From Planctomycetota bacterium (GTDB lineage Bacteria; Planctomycetota; UBA8742; UBA2392): DNA of 64,000 bases. Below the pieces are notes generated by a model. That model was not told the origin of the DNA, made no database searches, and saw nothing but the letters and a program-made list of their open reading frames with translations. The first letter of the stretch is position 1, and the number at the start of each line of letters is the position of its first letter. Shown one piece after another: positions 16,315-25,225 of this stretch. Location: contig JADLFN010000026.1 of NCBI GenBank assembly GCA_020845475.1, positions 7,080 through 71,079 of the forward strand, in the 5' to 3' direction. The position numbers were made by a program, and so were the translations under genes.

Positions 16315-17384
16315 TTCTTTACCTCCACGAGCGCGGCTTCGAGCGCCTTCAGAAACGCATCGTTTTCTTCAGGCCGGCCAATCGAGACGCGCAGAGCGCG
16401 CTCCAGCCTCGGGTATTTTGAAACGTCGCGGACAAGCACTCCGCGCTTGACCATTTTCTCCCACAGCTTGCGCGCGTTCTTGTCGCTCTCGAAGAGCACA
16501 AAATTGGCGCGGCTGGGATAGACGTGCAGGCCGCGTTCTTTGAGCACGCGAATCACGCGCTCGCGCTCGCGCTTGATCTCATCAAGCCGGCCCTTGAGAA
16601 CGTTGGCTTGTTCCAGGGCTACTTCAACGGCCGCCATCGTAAAGATGTTCACGTTGTACGGGAGCTTGGCCGTGGCGAAGTAGGGCTGCACGGCCTCGTG
16701 GCAAACCATGAAACCAAAACGCAGGCCGGCCGTGGCGAAGGCCTTTGAAAAGGTACGCAGGACAACGACGTTCTTGTGCGTTGCGCACAGTTCAAGCGCA
16801 CTGACGCCGTGGAAGTCGAAGTAGGCTTCATCGATCACGAACAGCGCCTCGCTGCTGGCCACGAGGTGCTCAAGCTCCATCGGGTCAATCACGCTGCCGG
16901 TGGGATTGTTGGGCGTAGCTATGATCACGCAAGCCGCGTCTTTGGCGGCTATCTCCAGTCCCGGCAAATCAAAGCGCATCTCGGCGTCGAGCGGCACATC
17001 GACAACATCGGCTCCAAACACCTTTCCCAGCAGCGCGTAAAGGGTGAACGTGGGCTGCGTGATGACAAGCTTGCGGCGCGGCTCAAGCACACAGGCGAAA
17101 ACTGCGTACATCAGTTCGTTGCTGCCATTGCCGACGAGCACCTGGCCGGGATCGACGCCAACATACTTTGCAACCTTGGCAACAAACGCCGCGGGCACGA
17201 AGGGCGGATAGCGATTCCAGCTCATGTCCCGCACGCGCTCGAACACCGCCTGTTTAAGCGAAGACGGCCAATCGTAGGGATTCTCGTTCTGGTTGAGCTT
17301 AATGGGGCACTCGGGCACGTCGAGCTTGTAGCCCCCGACCGCCTCGCGCAATTGCGGCTTGAGAAATGACAGCGTGCCACGCAT
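16311..17384 (-). CDS. hisC: histidinol-phosphate aminotransferase
   Basis: 357 aa. LNQNENPY..., the class-II aminotransferase pattern RTFSKAFATAGLRFG, and a 4-nt overlap with hisB. Confidence 0.9.
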   Translation of the reverse strand: MRGTLSFLKPQLREAVGGYKLDVPECPIKLNQNENPYDWPSSLKQAVFERVRDMSWNRYPPFVPAAFVAKVAKYVGVDPGQVLVGNGSNELMYAVFACVLEPRRKLVITQPTFTLYALLGKVFGADVVDVPLDAEMRFDLPGLEIAAKDAACVIIATPNNPTGSVIDPMELEHLVASSEALFVIDEAYFDFHGVSALELCATHKNVVVLRTFSKAFATAGLRFGFMVCHEAVQPYFATAKLPYNVNIFTMAAVEVALEQANVLKGRLDEIKRERERVIRVLKERGLHVYPSRANFVLFESDKNARKLWEKMVKRGVLVRDVSKYPRLERALRVSIGRPEENDAFLKALEAALVEVKK

Positions 17385-17434
17385 GGCGGCTTTCTGCCAC
17401 GAATACGGCGCAAACGCAATGCGCAGGCCATTAC

Positions 17435-18832
17435 CTAGAACCGCGCCTCAACACTCCGGGCGTGGGCTTCCAGGCCCTCGATGCGCGCCAGGGCTGCGAT
17501 CGTGGCGACGTGCGGCCTGAGCATGGCCTCGCTGCCGCGGATGATGCTGACGTGGCGCAGAAAATCTCCCACACCCAGTGCACTGGCAAAACGCGCCGTG
17601 CCTGCCGTCGGCAGCACGTGATTGGGGCCCGCCATGTAATCGCCAAAGGCCTCGGGCGCAAAGGGCCCGATGAAGATTGCGCCGGCGTTGCGAATCTGCC
17701 CGGCGTGCTTTTCGGCGTCGCCCGTGATCACTTCAACGTGTTCCGCCGCGAGCGTATCCACAAACCGCAGCGCAAAGCCCATGCTCGGCGCAACCACAAT
17801 TCCGCCAAAGCTCTCAAGCGAACGACGGCAGATAGCCTCACGCGGGAGACCCGCAAGCTGCAAGTTGATCTCGGCGGCCACGGCTTGAGCCGCTTCCGCA
17901 CTGTCGGTGACGCCCACGGCGGCCGCCATTTCATCGTGCTCCGCCTGCGCCAGCAAATCGGCGGCCACGTGCGCGGGAGTGGCGCTTGCATCAAACAGGA
18001 TCACGACCTCGCTCGGCCCTGCAAAGCTGTCAATCGCCACGCGACCATTGAGCATGCGCTTGGCCGTGGCGACAAACTGATTGCCCGGGCCCACCACCTT
18101 GTCCACGCGCGCAATCTTTTCGGTACCCAGCGCAGCCGCGGCCACGGCCTGCGCGCCGCCCACGCGGTAAATTTCCGTAATGCCCAGCTCCTTGCACAAT
18201 CCAGCGAGCAGTGGCGTTTTGTCCACTGCTGCAGGCGGCGTGAACACGGCAATCTCTTTCACGCCCGCGACTTTGGCGGGAATGGCCGACATCATCAATG
18301 AGCTGGGATAGAATGCCTTGCCGCCCGGAACGTAAAGCGCAACGCGTTGCAAGGGCTGAACGCGAATGCCAACACTGCCGCCTTGCTCATCAAGCTGCCA
18401 GCTTTCCTGGCGCTGCTTTTCGTGAAAGCGCATCAGCCGGGGAATGACCTGCGTGCGGCAAAGCTCGAGGGTGGCCGCGTCGGCCTGCGCCGCCAGTGCG
18501 TCGAGCTCCTTGGGCGAAACGCGGATGTTGGGCGGCGTGAGCGGGTAGCCGTCAAAAAGGCGCGAAAGGTTGCAAAGCGCGCCATCTCCTTGCGCCTGAA
18601 CGCGCTGGATCACACGCTCGACCGTTGCAACGATGCCGGGATGCAGGCCCTCGAAGAACTGCTCGGCGAACATGAGCAGCACGCTGTCGCCTCCGGCGCG
18701 TGCTTTCTCTAGCAACTCAGCGTGGATCGATCCCGCCGGCCCATCGCCGATCTCGGCGCGCTCACGCAGGCGCTTGAAAAACATGTTGAACTCGGTGGAG
18801 CCGATTTCGAGGCACTGGATCGCGTCAGGCAT
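17435..18832 (-). CDS. hisD: histidinol dehydrogenase
   Basis: Contains LLAQAEHDEMA and GDYMAGPNHVLPT motifs. The start is placed at ATG 18832 (MPDAIQ...), an 8-nt overlap with the hisG stop; track ORF runs to 18865. Confidence 0.9.
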   Translation of the reverse strand: MPDAIQCLEIGSTEFNMFFKRLRERAEIGDGPAGSIHAELLEKARAGGDSVLLMFAEQFFEGLHPGIVATVERVIQRVQAQGDGALCNLSRLFDGYPLTPPNIRVSPKELDALAAQADAATLELCRTQVIPRLMRFHEKQRQESWQLDEQGGSVGIRVQPLQRVALYVPGGKAFYPSSLMMSAIPAKVAGVKEIAVFTPPAAVDKTPLLAGLCKELGITEIYRVGGAQAVAAAALGTEKIARVDKVVGPGNQFVATAKRMLNGRVAIDSFAGPSEVVILFDASATPAHVAADLLAQAEHDEMAAAVGVTDSAEAAQAVAAEINLQLAGLPREAICRRSLESFGGIVVAPSMGFALRFVDTLAAEHVEVITGDAEKHAGQIRNAGAIFIGPFAPEAFGDYMAGPNHVLPTAGTARFASALGVGDFLRHVSIIRGSEAMLRPHVATIAALARIEGLEAHARSVEARF

Positions 18833-19466
18833 GTTGGTTCTCCGTGCTGCGTGCGAAATCCGCAATCACGGCGCCGACTGCGCCGAATTGCGAGTAATGG
18901 GCGGCCCTGTTGATGACCAAACGGGCGCTGCACTGGGCCAATTCCTCGTGCACGACCAGGCCGTTCTCGCGCAGCGTGGTGCCGGTCTCCACGATATCCA
19001 CGATGTAATGCGCCAGTCCCAGCACCGCTCCAATTTCCACGCTTCCTGAAAGCTTGAACACCACGTGCGGGATGCCGCGCTTTTCGAAATGCAGCCGGGC
19101 CACGCGCGGAAACTTGCTGGCAACGCGCACGGGCGAAAGAGTGTTGTCCAGCGAGCGGCGGATTTCCGGGCGCCCCGCAACCACCATGCGGCAGCGCGCA
19201 AAGCCCAGGTCAAGCGGCTCCAGCAGGTCGGGCGCGAGCTCCATGAGCGTGTCTTTGCCCGAAATGCCGAGTTCGGCCAGCCCCTGTTCGACGTACAAGG
19301 GCGCATCGACGGGTTTGACGAGCAGATATTCCAGCCGGCCGCATTGGCTGGGCACCAGCAGCTTACGTGTCGCCGCAAGATTCTCCGCCGGCGCGTATCC
19401 CGCTGCGGTCAAAAACCGCTCGGCATCTTTCAGGATACGGCCTGTAGGTAGTGCTACTCGCAGCAT
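18825..19466 (-). CDS. hisG: ATP phosphoribosyltransferase, short form
   Basis: 213 aa. MLRVALPTGRILKDAERFL...; the short HisG length is consistent with the adjacent HisZ. Confidence 0.9.
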   Translation of the reverse strand: MLRVALPTGRILKDAERFLTAAGYAPAENLAATRKLLVPSQCGRLEYLLVKPVDAPLYVEQGLAELGISGKDTLMELAPDLLEPLDLGFARCRMVVAGRPEIRRSLDNTLSPVRVASKFPRVARLHFEKRGIPHVVFKLSGSVEIGAVLGLAHYIVDIVETGTTLRENGLVVHEELAQCSARLVINRAAHYSQFGAVGAVIADFARSTENQHA

Positions 19467-20566
19467 CAGCGCTTGCCCTCCGCCAACGAAACCGCCTGGC
19501 CGGCCGCACGCAACGCCAGCGCTTCGCGCAAGGCGACCGCGCCTTCTTTGGCGTTGACTTGAACCGCCGCCGCTTCGCCACTCTCCGTGCGCGGCATCGC
19601 TTCCGTTACGCGCGCGAGGTCAAAGCCAAAGCCGACGGCCGGAACGTCAAGCCCATAGCGGTCGAAGAGCCGATCATAGCGGCCCCCACCGCCAAGGTCG
19701 TCGCCGACGCGCGGGTGGTAAATCTTGAACATCATGCCGCTGTAGTAGTTGAACTGGCGTACTTCGCCGAGGTCAAACAGTGGTGCAACGCCCGCGCCGG
19801 ACTCGCGCAACATCTGGGAGAGCTTTTCCAACTCATCGAGTGCGTGGCGCGCCGAGAGCATGGGCGCGATCTCCCTGGCACGCGCGATCACATCCGGCCC
19901 GCCGCACAGGCTGGGCAATTCGGCAAGCAGCGCTGTGCGCTGTTCGTCGAGGCCCCGGCGGTGCGCAAGCTCTTTGATGCGCGCCGCGTTTTTATGGTCG
20001 ATCGCTTCCAGCAGTGCACGGTCGCTCTTGCCCTTGTCGCCCAAGGCGGCTGCCACGAAACCGGCGTGGCCAACTACTGTGGTGGCATCTTTCAAGCCCA
20101 GCTCGGAAAGACACTCACTGGCAATGCACAGCGCGGCTGCATCGTGAACAATGCCGCGTGCGTTGACCCACTCGAGGCCGCGCTGCGATTGCTCAACACG
20201 CGCGCCGTGGCCCGCCGCCTGGAAGCGGAACACGCGGCCTTCATAGCTTGCACGAATCACGCGCAGCTCGCGGCGCAGCTCAATGGCAAGGGCCTTGGCA
20301 GCAATCAGCGTGAAATCCGCGCGCAGCGTAAGCCAGCGGCCCTCGCGATCCATGAAGCGATAGAGATCGGCGTCGTGCGCCTCGCCGCCTTCGAACGTGC
20401 GCCGATCATCAAATGAAGGCAACACGATATCGGTAAAGCCCCAGCCGCGCGAAACGCGCGCAATCGTGTCGCTCACCTGGGTGCGGCGCGCGGCCTGCGG
20501 CCCGAAGACAAGTTCGGTGCCGGGTGCAAAAGCCAGGTCGCGTGAACGAATGTGGGTGTCAGCCAT
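19466..20566 (-). CDS. hisZ: ATP phosphoribosyltransferase regulatory subunit (HisRS-like)
   Basis: Class-II aaRS-like core (YRFMDREGRWLTLRADFT..., GGGRYDRL). The stop overlaps the hisG start (TGATG). The start could be 20566 or 20602. Confidence 0.8.
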   Translation of the reverse strand: MADTHIRSRDLAFAPGTELVFGPQAARRTQVSDTIARVSRGWGFTDIVLPSFDDRRTFEGGEAHDADLYRFMDREGRWLTLRADFTLIAAKALAIELRRELRVIRASYEGRVFRFQAAGHGARVEQSQRGLEWVNARGIVHDAAALCIASECLSELGLKDATTVVGHAGFVAAALGDKGKSDRALLEAIDHKNAARIKELAHRRGLDEQRTALLAELPSLCGGPDVIARAREIAPMLSARHALDELEKLSQMLRESGAGVAPLFDLGEVRQFNYYSGMMFKIYHPRVGDDLGGGGRYDRLFDRYGLDVPAVGFGFDLARVTEAMPRTESGEAAAVQVNAKEGAVALREALALRAAGQAVSLAEGKR

Positions 20567-20611
20567 GTGCACTTGACTACTACACGTAACGAAATCGCGC
20601 AAGCAAGCGAG

Positions 20612-21067
20612 TTACCGCATCGTCATCAAGTGCTCGACGAGGGCCCGCATCTCTTCATTGGAAATCTGCTCGTAGGCGGGCATTTTTACGGCCGCATAGG
20701 CGCCATCATTGTGGTAGGTGCCCGGGTGGCCTTTGGGGTTACGGATGTGGGCATAGAACCAGCGTCGGGCTGCCAACTCGTCGCCGCTTTGGCGCGTGAG
20801 ATGTCGCGTGGCGGCCCCGCCCAGCGGCGGTCCGCCCAATCCTTCGCGCTGCAAAGAACGCGAATGACAGGTTCCGCAGGCATATTTCTTGAACACCTCG
20901 GATCCCTGCGCCGCCAGCGGGCCCTGCTCGGCCTGTGTAGGAAGGGCGGCAATTGCCATGGCAGCGCCTTCGTCGCCGCCCGCGGGCTTATTCGTGTTCG
21001 CGTTCGAGTTGCCACTGCACGCCGCGCAAAGCATGCACAGGATCAAACTGGCTATTCGCCCGACCAT
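20612..21067 (-). CDS. c-type cytochrome lipoprotein (class I, single CxxCH)
   Basis: 151 aa. Lipobox LCAACSG, haem-binding CGTCH and a distal Met region (VKMPAY). Confidence 0.75.
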   Translation of the reverse strand: MVGRIASLILCMLCAACSGNSNANTNKPAGGDEGAAMAIAALPTQAEQGPLAAQGSEVFKKYACGTCHSRSLQREGLGGPPLGGAATRHLTRQSGDELAARRWFYAHIRNPKGHPGTYHNDGAYAAVKMPAYEQISNEEMRALVEHLMTMR

Positions 21068-21648
21068 GGTCGCACCTCCACCGAGGGCCCCGGGTGCGGA
21101 CCCTCGTGCGGCAAAGAAAAGATGCGATCAAGATCCGCCCTGAAACCCAGCACACCCAGGGCAAACCTCAGGCCGCGAATCCCGATCGTCAACGGCTGCC
21201 ACATCATGTCGATCACATTGGCCAGTGTAAGGGTGATTTCCTTGTAGCTGTCATCTATCTGCGGCATCAACGGCGCAATCATGTAGTTGACCGTACGCCC
21301 CAGATCCAGCTCGTCATAGCGCAACAGCAGGTCGGCCTTACGCGCCTCGTTCTGCCGCCAGAGTGAAATCTGGCCGTTGCGGCTCCTGAGCCAAACCAAC
21401 GGAAGCGCATGGGAAGGGATGTCCGCGGCCGGATCTCCATCGAGATCATCGTCGTTTACAATGTGCGGCTCTCGCCCCTCCAGACGCTCAAGCTGTTCCC
21501 ATTCCCCTTTGACGATCTCGAATGCACTCATGAAAACGCTGTCGAGGTGGCCCTGCTGCCACTGCGCCTCGCTCAGGCCTTCCAGCAGTTTCAAGAGTTC
21601 CGTGCGCTGCCAGAGCGAGCGCTCGAACAGCGATTTGCGGTCAAGCAT
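21052..21648 (-). CDS. hypothetical cytoplasmic protein
   Basis: Open frame 21052..21696. ATG 21648 overlaps the upstream ATPase stop by 8 nt, and the 3' end overlaps the cytochrome c start by 16 nt. No domain recognised. Confidence 0.5.
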   Translation of the reverse strand: MLDRKSLFERSLWQRTELLKLLEGLSEAQWQQGHLDSVFMSAFEIVKGEWEQLERLEGREPHIVNDDDLDGDPAADIPSHALPLVWLRSRNGQISLWRQNEARKADLLLRYDELDLGRTVNYMIAPLMPQIDDSYKEITLTLANVIDMMWQPLTIGIRGLRFALGVLGFRADLDRIFSLPHEGPHPGPSVEVRPWSGE

Positions 21649-22378
21649 GCGCGGCCTCTGTGCCGGGGCGCCCTTCAATGCGCTCGATCGTGCCATCCTT
21701 GATGTGTACGACGCGATCAGCGCGGCTGGCCACGTTGGGCTCGTGCGTCACGACCACCAGGGTCATTCCGTGCTTGCTGCGCAGGCTGTCAAACAAGTCA
21801 AGAAGGATGCCCTCGGTGACGCTGTCCACGTTGCCGGTGGGTTCATCGGCCAGCAGCACCCGCGGGCGGTTGACGATGGCGCGGGCAATAGCCGCGCGCT
21901 GGCGCTCGCCGCCGCTGACCTTGCCGGGAATGTGGTGCACTCGGTGGGCGAGGCCTACTTCCTCAAGTGCGGCCCGGGCCAGCTTTTGCGCATCGCTGCG
22001 GCCGAATAATGGCAGGGCAACGTTGTCGAGCAACGTCAGGTGCGGCAGCAGATAGTGAAGCTGAAACACAAAGCCGATCTGCTCGAGACGAAACTTGGCG
22101 AGGTTGCGAACGCTGCGCAAATCGGTTCCGTGGTAAGCGACGCTGCCGCTTTGCGGTGTGTCGAGACTGCCAATGATGCTGAGCAAAGTGGACTTGCCGC
22201 TGCCCGATTTGCCCACAATGGCCAGCATTTCGCCCTGGAAGACGTCAAGTGATATTCCACTCACCGCGTTGACACCGCCGGGGTAAGTCTTGCACAGATC
22301 GCGCACGGCGATTGCAATCGCCCGCCCCGGGGGCGGCTGCGGCGGGGACTGCACAGTGGAAGTAGGCTCAAGCGTCAT
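21641..22378 (-). CDS. ABC transporter ATP-binding protein (LolD/MacB/FtsE-like)
   Basis: Walker A GKSGSGKST, signature VSGGERQR, Walker B LLADEPTGNVD. Start placed at ATG 22378 (MTLEPT...). Confidence 0.85.
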   Translation of the reverse strand: MTLEPTSTVQSPPQPPPGRAIAIAVRDLCKTYPGGVNAVSGISLDVFQGEMLAIVGKSGSGKSTLLSIIGSLDTPQSGSVAYHGTDLRSVRNLAKFRLEQIGFVFQLHYLLPHLTLLDNVALPLFGRSDAQKLARAALEEVGLAHRVHHIPGKVSGGERQRAAIARAIVNRPRVLLADEPTGNVDSVTEGILLDLFDSLRSKHGMTLVVVTHEPNVASRADRVVHIKDGTIERIEGRPGTEAAHA

Positions 22379-22565
22379 CGACGTATCCAAACACGTAAGG
22401 CAAAGTGTGGCAATTGGAATGAACTGAAGGCAAGGTTGAAACTTGTAGGGCGGGGCGTCAGGGCTTTCCGTTTGCACTTGACAGGGCTTGCGTTTCAGAC
22501 AGACAATCCCAGCTTCACTATTCGGGCTATCTCACTGCTCAACGCCGTGGATCGGTGGCACAGGT

Positions 22566-23927
22566 ATGGCGTCAAAAGAAGTCACTTTGCGTGCGGGCGA
22601 ATCGATGACGTTGCAGCTCGAGACGGCCGGCAAAATCTATCGCTTGAACCTGAGCCTGACTGAGCACGGCGTCAGCGTCTCCGCGCCCGCCGAGGCAAAA
22701 GTCGAATTGCACGCGGCTTCCGTGGCCGCTGCGCCGGGTCGCGGCCATGAGCGCTCGCAGCCGGCGGAAGAATCCGTGATAGAGTCGGACTTTCCTGTGG
22801 ACATTCCTGCCGATTCTGAATCTTCGCCCGTTGAGGTGCCGGAAGAATCGCACGACATGAGTGAAACGGATTTCTCGCTCGATGAAGAAGAAAGCCAGGA
22901 AGCCACAGCGCAGGATTTCACCGTCGCCCAGCAGCACGACTCAAGCATTGAAACGCCGGAGGATACGCTGGCGGGCGCAGAGAACTTTTCACTTACCGGC
23001 GTGCCCGGCGTATCGCACAGCGAAGAGATCACGCTTGATGAACCCGGCTTTTCAGATGAAGGCCTGACGATGGTGCCGCCATCACGCGGCTCGCGTTCGC
23101 CCCAGCCTGAACCTGAACCCGAGCCCCTTCTGGAAATGGAAGACAACGCGCAGCCGCTGGATGCGGTCAGCGCGACGCTATCCCCGGTTCGATTCCACGA
23201 CCCGGCCACAGACAATCTGGAGCAACCTGAAATGGAAGAGAAACGCCCCGCCGCGCCCGCTCCGCAACTCAAGAAACCTCTCGGGCCGGCACCGCGTCCT
23301 GGTCAACCTGCGCCACGCGCCGCTCAGCCGGCTCCGGTTCCCTCGGAGGAGCTTCCGCCGTGGACGGGTCGTGCGCGCGATTATCGCGATCCCAAACTTG
23401 AAGCCAAGAAGGCCGCGACGTCCAAGATCGACAAGAACGCGCTTGCCGCGCGGCAGCCCGCGCCCGAAGCGATGGAAGATCAGCCCCTTGACCTCGCGCT
23501 TGAGGATGAACCGGCTCCCGCCAAGCCCGTTGCGCCTGCGCCAAAACCTGCGCCGATCGCGGCCAAGCCGGCACCTGCAATTGCACCCAAGCCCGCGCCC
23601 ATTGCGGCCAAGCCTGCACCCGCGCCTGCACCCAAACCCGCGCCCGTAGCGGCCAAACCCGCTCCCGCTCCAGCAAAACCGGCGGCGCCGGCCAAAGCTG
23701 AAGGCAATTTCACCGTGTTCCTTTCACCGCCCAAAGGTGCGGACAAGAAACAGGCTGCGGCTGAAATCATCGCTGAAGTCCAGGGCATTGATATCAACGC
23801 GGCTACGCAGCTGGCCGGCAAAATGATTGTGCCCGTAGTGAAGGGCGTAACGGAGGAGGACGCAAACAAGGTGCGTGACCGCCTCAAGGATGCCGGGCTG
23901 TCGTGCCGTATCACCCAGAAGCGCTAA
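22566..23927 (+). CDS. hypothetical protein: small N-terminal domain, long acidic/Pro-Ala-Lys disordered linker, C-terminal L7/L12-CTD-like domain
   Basis: Start ATG 22566 (MASKEVTL...). The C-terminus FTVFLSPPKGADKKQAAAEIIAEVQGIDINAATQLAGKMIVPVVKGVTEEDANKVRDRLKDAGLSCRI parallels the pattern of ribosomal L7/L12 CTD ([64 protein letters not shown]). Confidence 0.6.
   Translation: MASKEVTLRAGESMTLQLETAGKIYRLNLSLTEHGVSVSAPAEAKVELHAASVAAAPGRGHERSQPAEESVIESDFPVDIPADSESSPVEVPEESHDMSETDFSLDEEESQEATAQDFTVAQQHDSSIETPEDTLAGAENFSLTGVPGVSHSEEITLDEPGFSDEGLTMVPPSRGSRSPQPEPEPEPLLEMEDNAQPLDAVSATLSPVRFHDPATDNLEQPEMEEKRPAAPAPQLKKPLGPAPRPGQPAPRAAQPAPVPSEELPPWTGRARDYRDPKLEAKKAATSKIDKNALAARQPAPEAMEDQPLDLALEDEPAPAKPVAPAPKPAPIAAKPAPAIAPKPAPIAAKPAPAPAPKPAPVAAKPAPAPAKPAAPAKAEGNFTVFLSPPKGADKKQAAAEIIAEVQGIDINAATQLAGKMIVPVVKGVTEEDANKVRDRLKDAGLSCRITQKR
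23521..23699 (+). repeat. imperfect tandem coding repeat (KPAPxAA units)
   Basis: It encodes AKPVAPAPKPAPIAAKPAPAIAPKPAPIAAKPAPAPAPKPAPVAAKPAPAPAKPAAPAKA inside the 22566..23927 CDS. Confidence 0.6.
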
Positions 23928-23937
23928 CGGGGAAACC

Positions 23938-24216
23938 ATGCAATTCCAACGCCATCCAGACGGTTCCGCCACGCTTGAAACGCCGCAAGGCTCGTTTAAG
24001 CTGACAGACACGGAATTCGACGACCTGCTCCACGCCGTGCCGATCAACACCACCGCGATGTACCGGTTGCTGAACGACACACTTGTGGAAGATGAGCCGC
24101 GCGTCGGAGAGTTTCGCAAGCTGTTGCAGGCGCTGATCAAAGCGGCCAACGGCAAAACGGATCCGGTAATGACCGAGATCCAGAATGAAGTGCTGAAGCA
24201 CGTGGAAGAACAATGA
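23938..24216 (+). CDS. small hypothetical protein (92 aa)
   Basis: ATG 23938 lies 10 nt after the upstream stop and is preceded by GGGGA. ATGA overlap with the next gene. Confidence 0.5.
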   Translation: MQFQRHPDGSATLETPQGSFKLTDTEFDDLLHAVPINTTAMYRLLNDTLVEDEPRVGEFRKLLQALIKAANGKTDPVMTEIQNEVLKHVEEQ

Positions 24217-25142
24217 CCGCAACGCTGCGCTGGAACAGGCTGTCCATTGCCGCCGATGGCGAAGAAGAATTCGTCAGCGCCGTCACCGAGTTTTTTCCTC
24301 AATTGCTCGAGTTGCCCTACGACGAACTCGAGATGGACATCACCAAGTCCAAAAACATTTCGGAAGATGCGTTCCGCAGTATCGCCATCAAGTTGGTATC
24401 GGGCGAAGCCTCGGACAAACGCATCCTGATCCGCATACCGGATCAAATGGAACGCTTTTTCCGCCACAGTTCGCTGTTTCGGGTAGTGGACGTGGACATT
24501 GTGCGGCGCATGACCGCCGACAAAAAAGACAAGTACACGCGCGAAATCATCAAGCGCAACATTGAGTCCGGCGAGATTGCAGTCGAGGCTGACGAGGTTC
24601 GTGAAGAGGAAATGGCCGCAGCAACGAGAGTTCCGGCCGCAGATCTCACCGAACGCGCAGGCTCCACCAAGCTCAAGCTTGGCGAAAGCGACGTAGATAC
24701 TGTCAGCAATCGCAAGAGTGTTTTCCCCACCGTCGGCGGCAACGGCGATTCCCAGGAGCCCGTCACGGAGCTCGCACCCGAAGCCGATGCCGCTAAGGGC
24801 AAGAAGCGCGACACGCAAGTCGCCGGCAAGTCGGATTTTGGCTGCCTCGTGGATGATGAAACGGGCAATCGCCACGAAGTCAAAGACAACATCGTGGTGG
24901 GCCGTGAAGCGCCGGCCTCCGTGCTGTACGCCATTCCCACCATCTCCAAGAGGCACTTCCAGATTCGCAAGCAGGCCGGAGGCTTCTTTATTGAAGACCT
25001 GCACTCGACCAACGGCACCTACCTGAATGGATTGCCGGTGCACGAACCGCAGCCATTGCGCGATGGCGACGAAATCGTAGTCGCCATTACGCTCAAGCAT
25101 CCCAAGGGCGCGCGCATTTTTCACTTCTCCACCAAGGCGTGA
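24213..25142 (+). CDS. FHA domain-containing protein
   Basis: C-terminal IVVGREAPASVLYAIPTISKRHFQIRKQAGGFFIEDLHSTNGTYLNGLPVHEPQPLRDGDEIVV is a canonical FHA pattern (G-R ... S-x-x-H ... S-T-N-G). The N-terminal ~200 aa is unrecognised. Confidence 0.8.
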   Translation: MTATLRWNRLSIAADGEEEFVSAVTEFFPQLLELPYDELEMDITKSKNISEDAFRSIAIKLVSGEASDKRILIRIPDQMERFFRHSSLFRVVDVDIVRRMTADKKDKYTREIIKRNIESGEIAVEADEVREEEMAAATRVPAADLTERAGSTKLKLGESDVDTVSNRKSVFPTVGGNGDSQEPVTELAPEADAAKGKKRDTQVAGKSDFGCLVDDETGNRHEVKDNIVVGREAPASVLYAIPTISKRHFQIRKQAGGFFIEDLHSTNGTYLNGLPVHEPQPLRDGDEIVVAITLKHPKGARIFHFSTKA

Positions 25143-25225
25143 ACCCGCGCGTGTTCGCCCCGTTTCTATGCTTGAGGCCCTAGCCGCGCGCTTGGGCCGG
25201 CGCTGGCCCCGGAAGGGGGCGATCT

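Noticed and set aside
15664-18301. Plus-strand ORFs 15664..16521 (285 aa) and 17366..18301 (311 aa)
   Set aside because: They are antisense to hisB/hisC and hisD and have mirror-ORF composition.
19451-20416. 321-aa plus-strand ORF
   Set aside because: It is antisense to hisZ.
23521-23699. Possible CRISPR-like or satellite array
   Set aside because: The units are imperfect, contiguous with no spacers, and in frame inside a CDS. They encode a Pro-Ala-Lys low-complexity linker.
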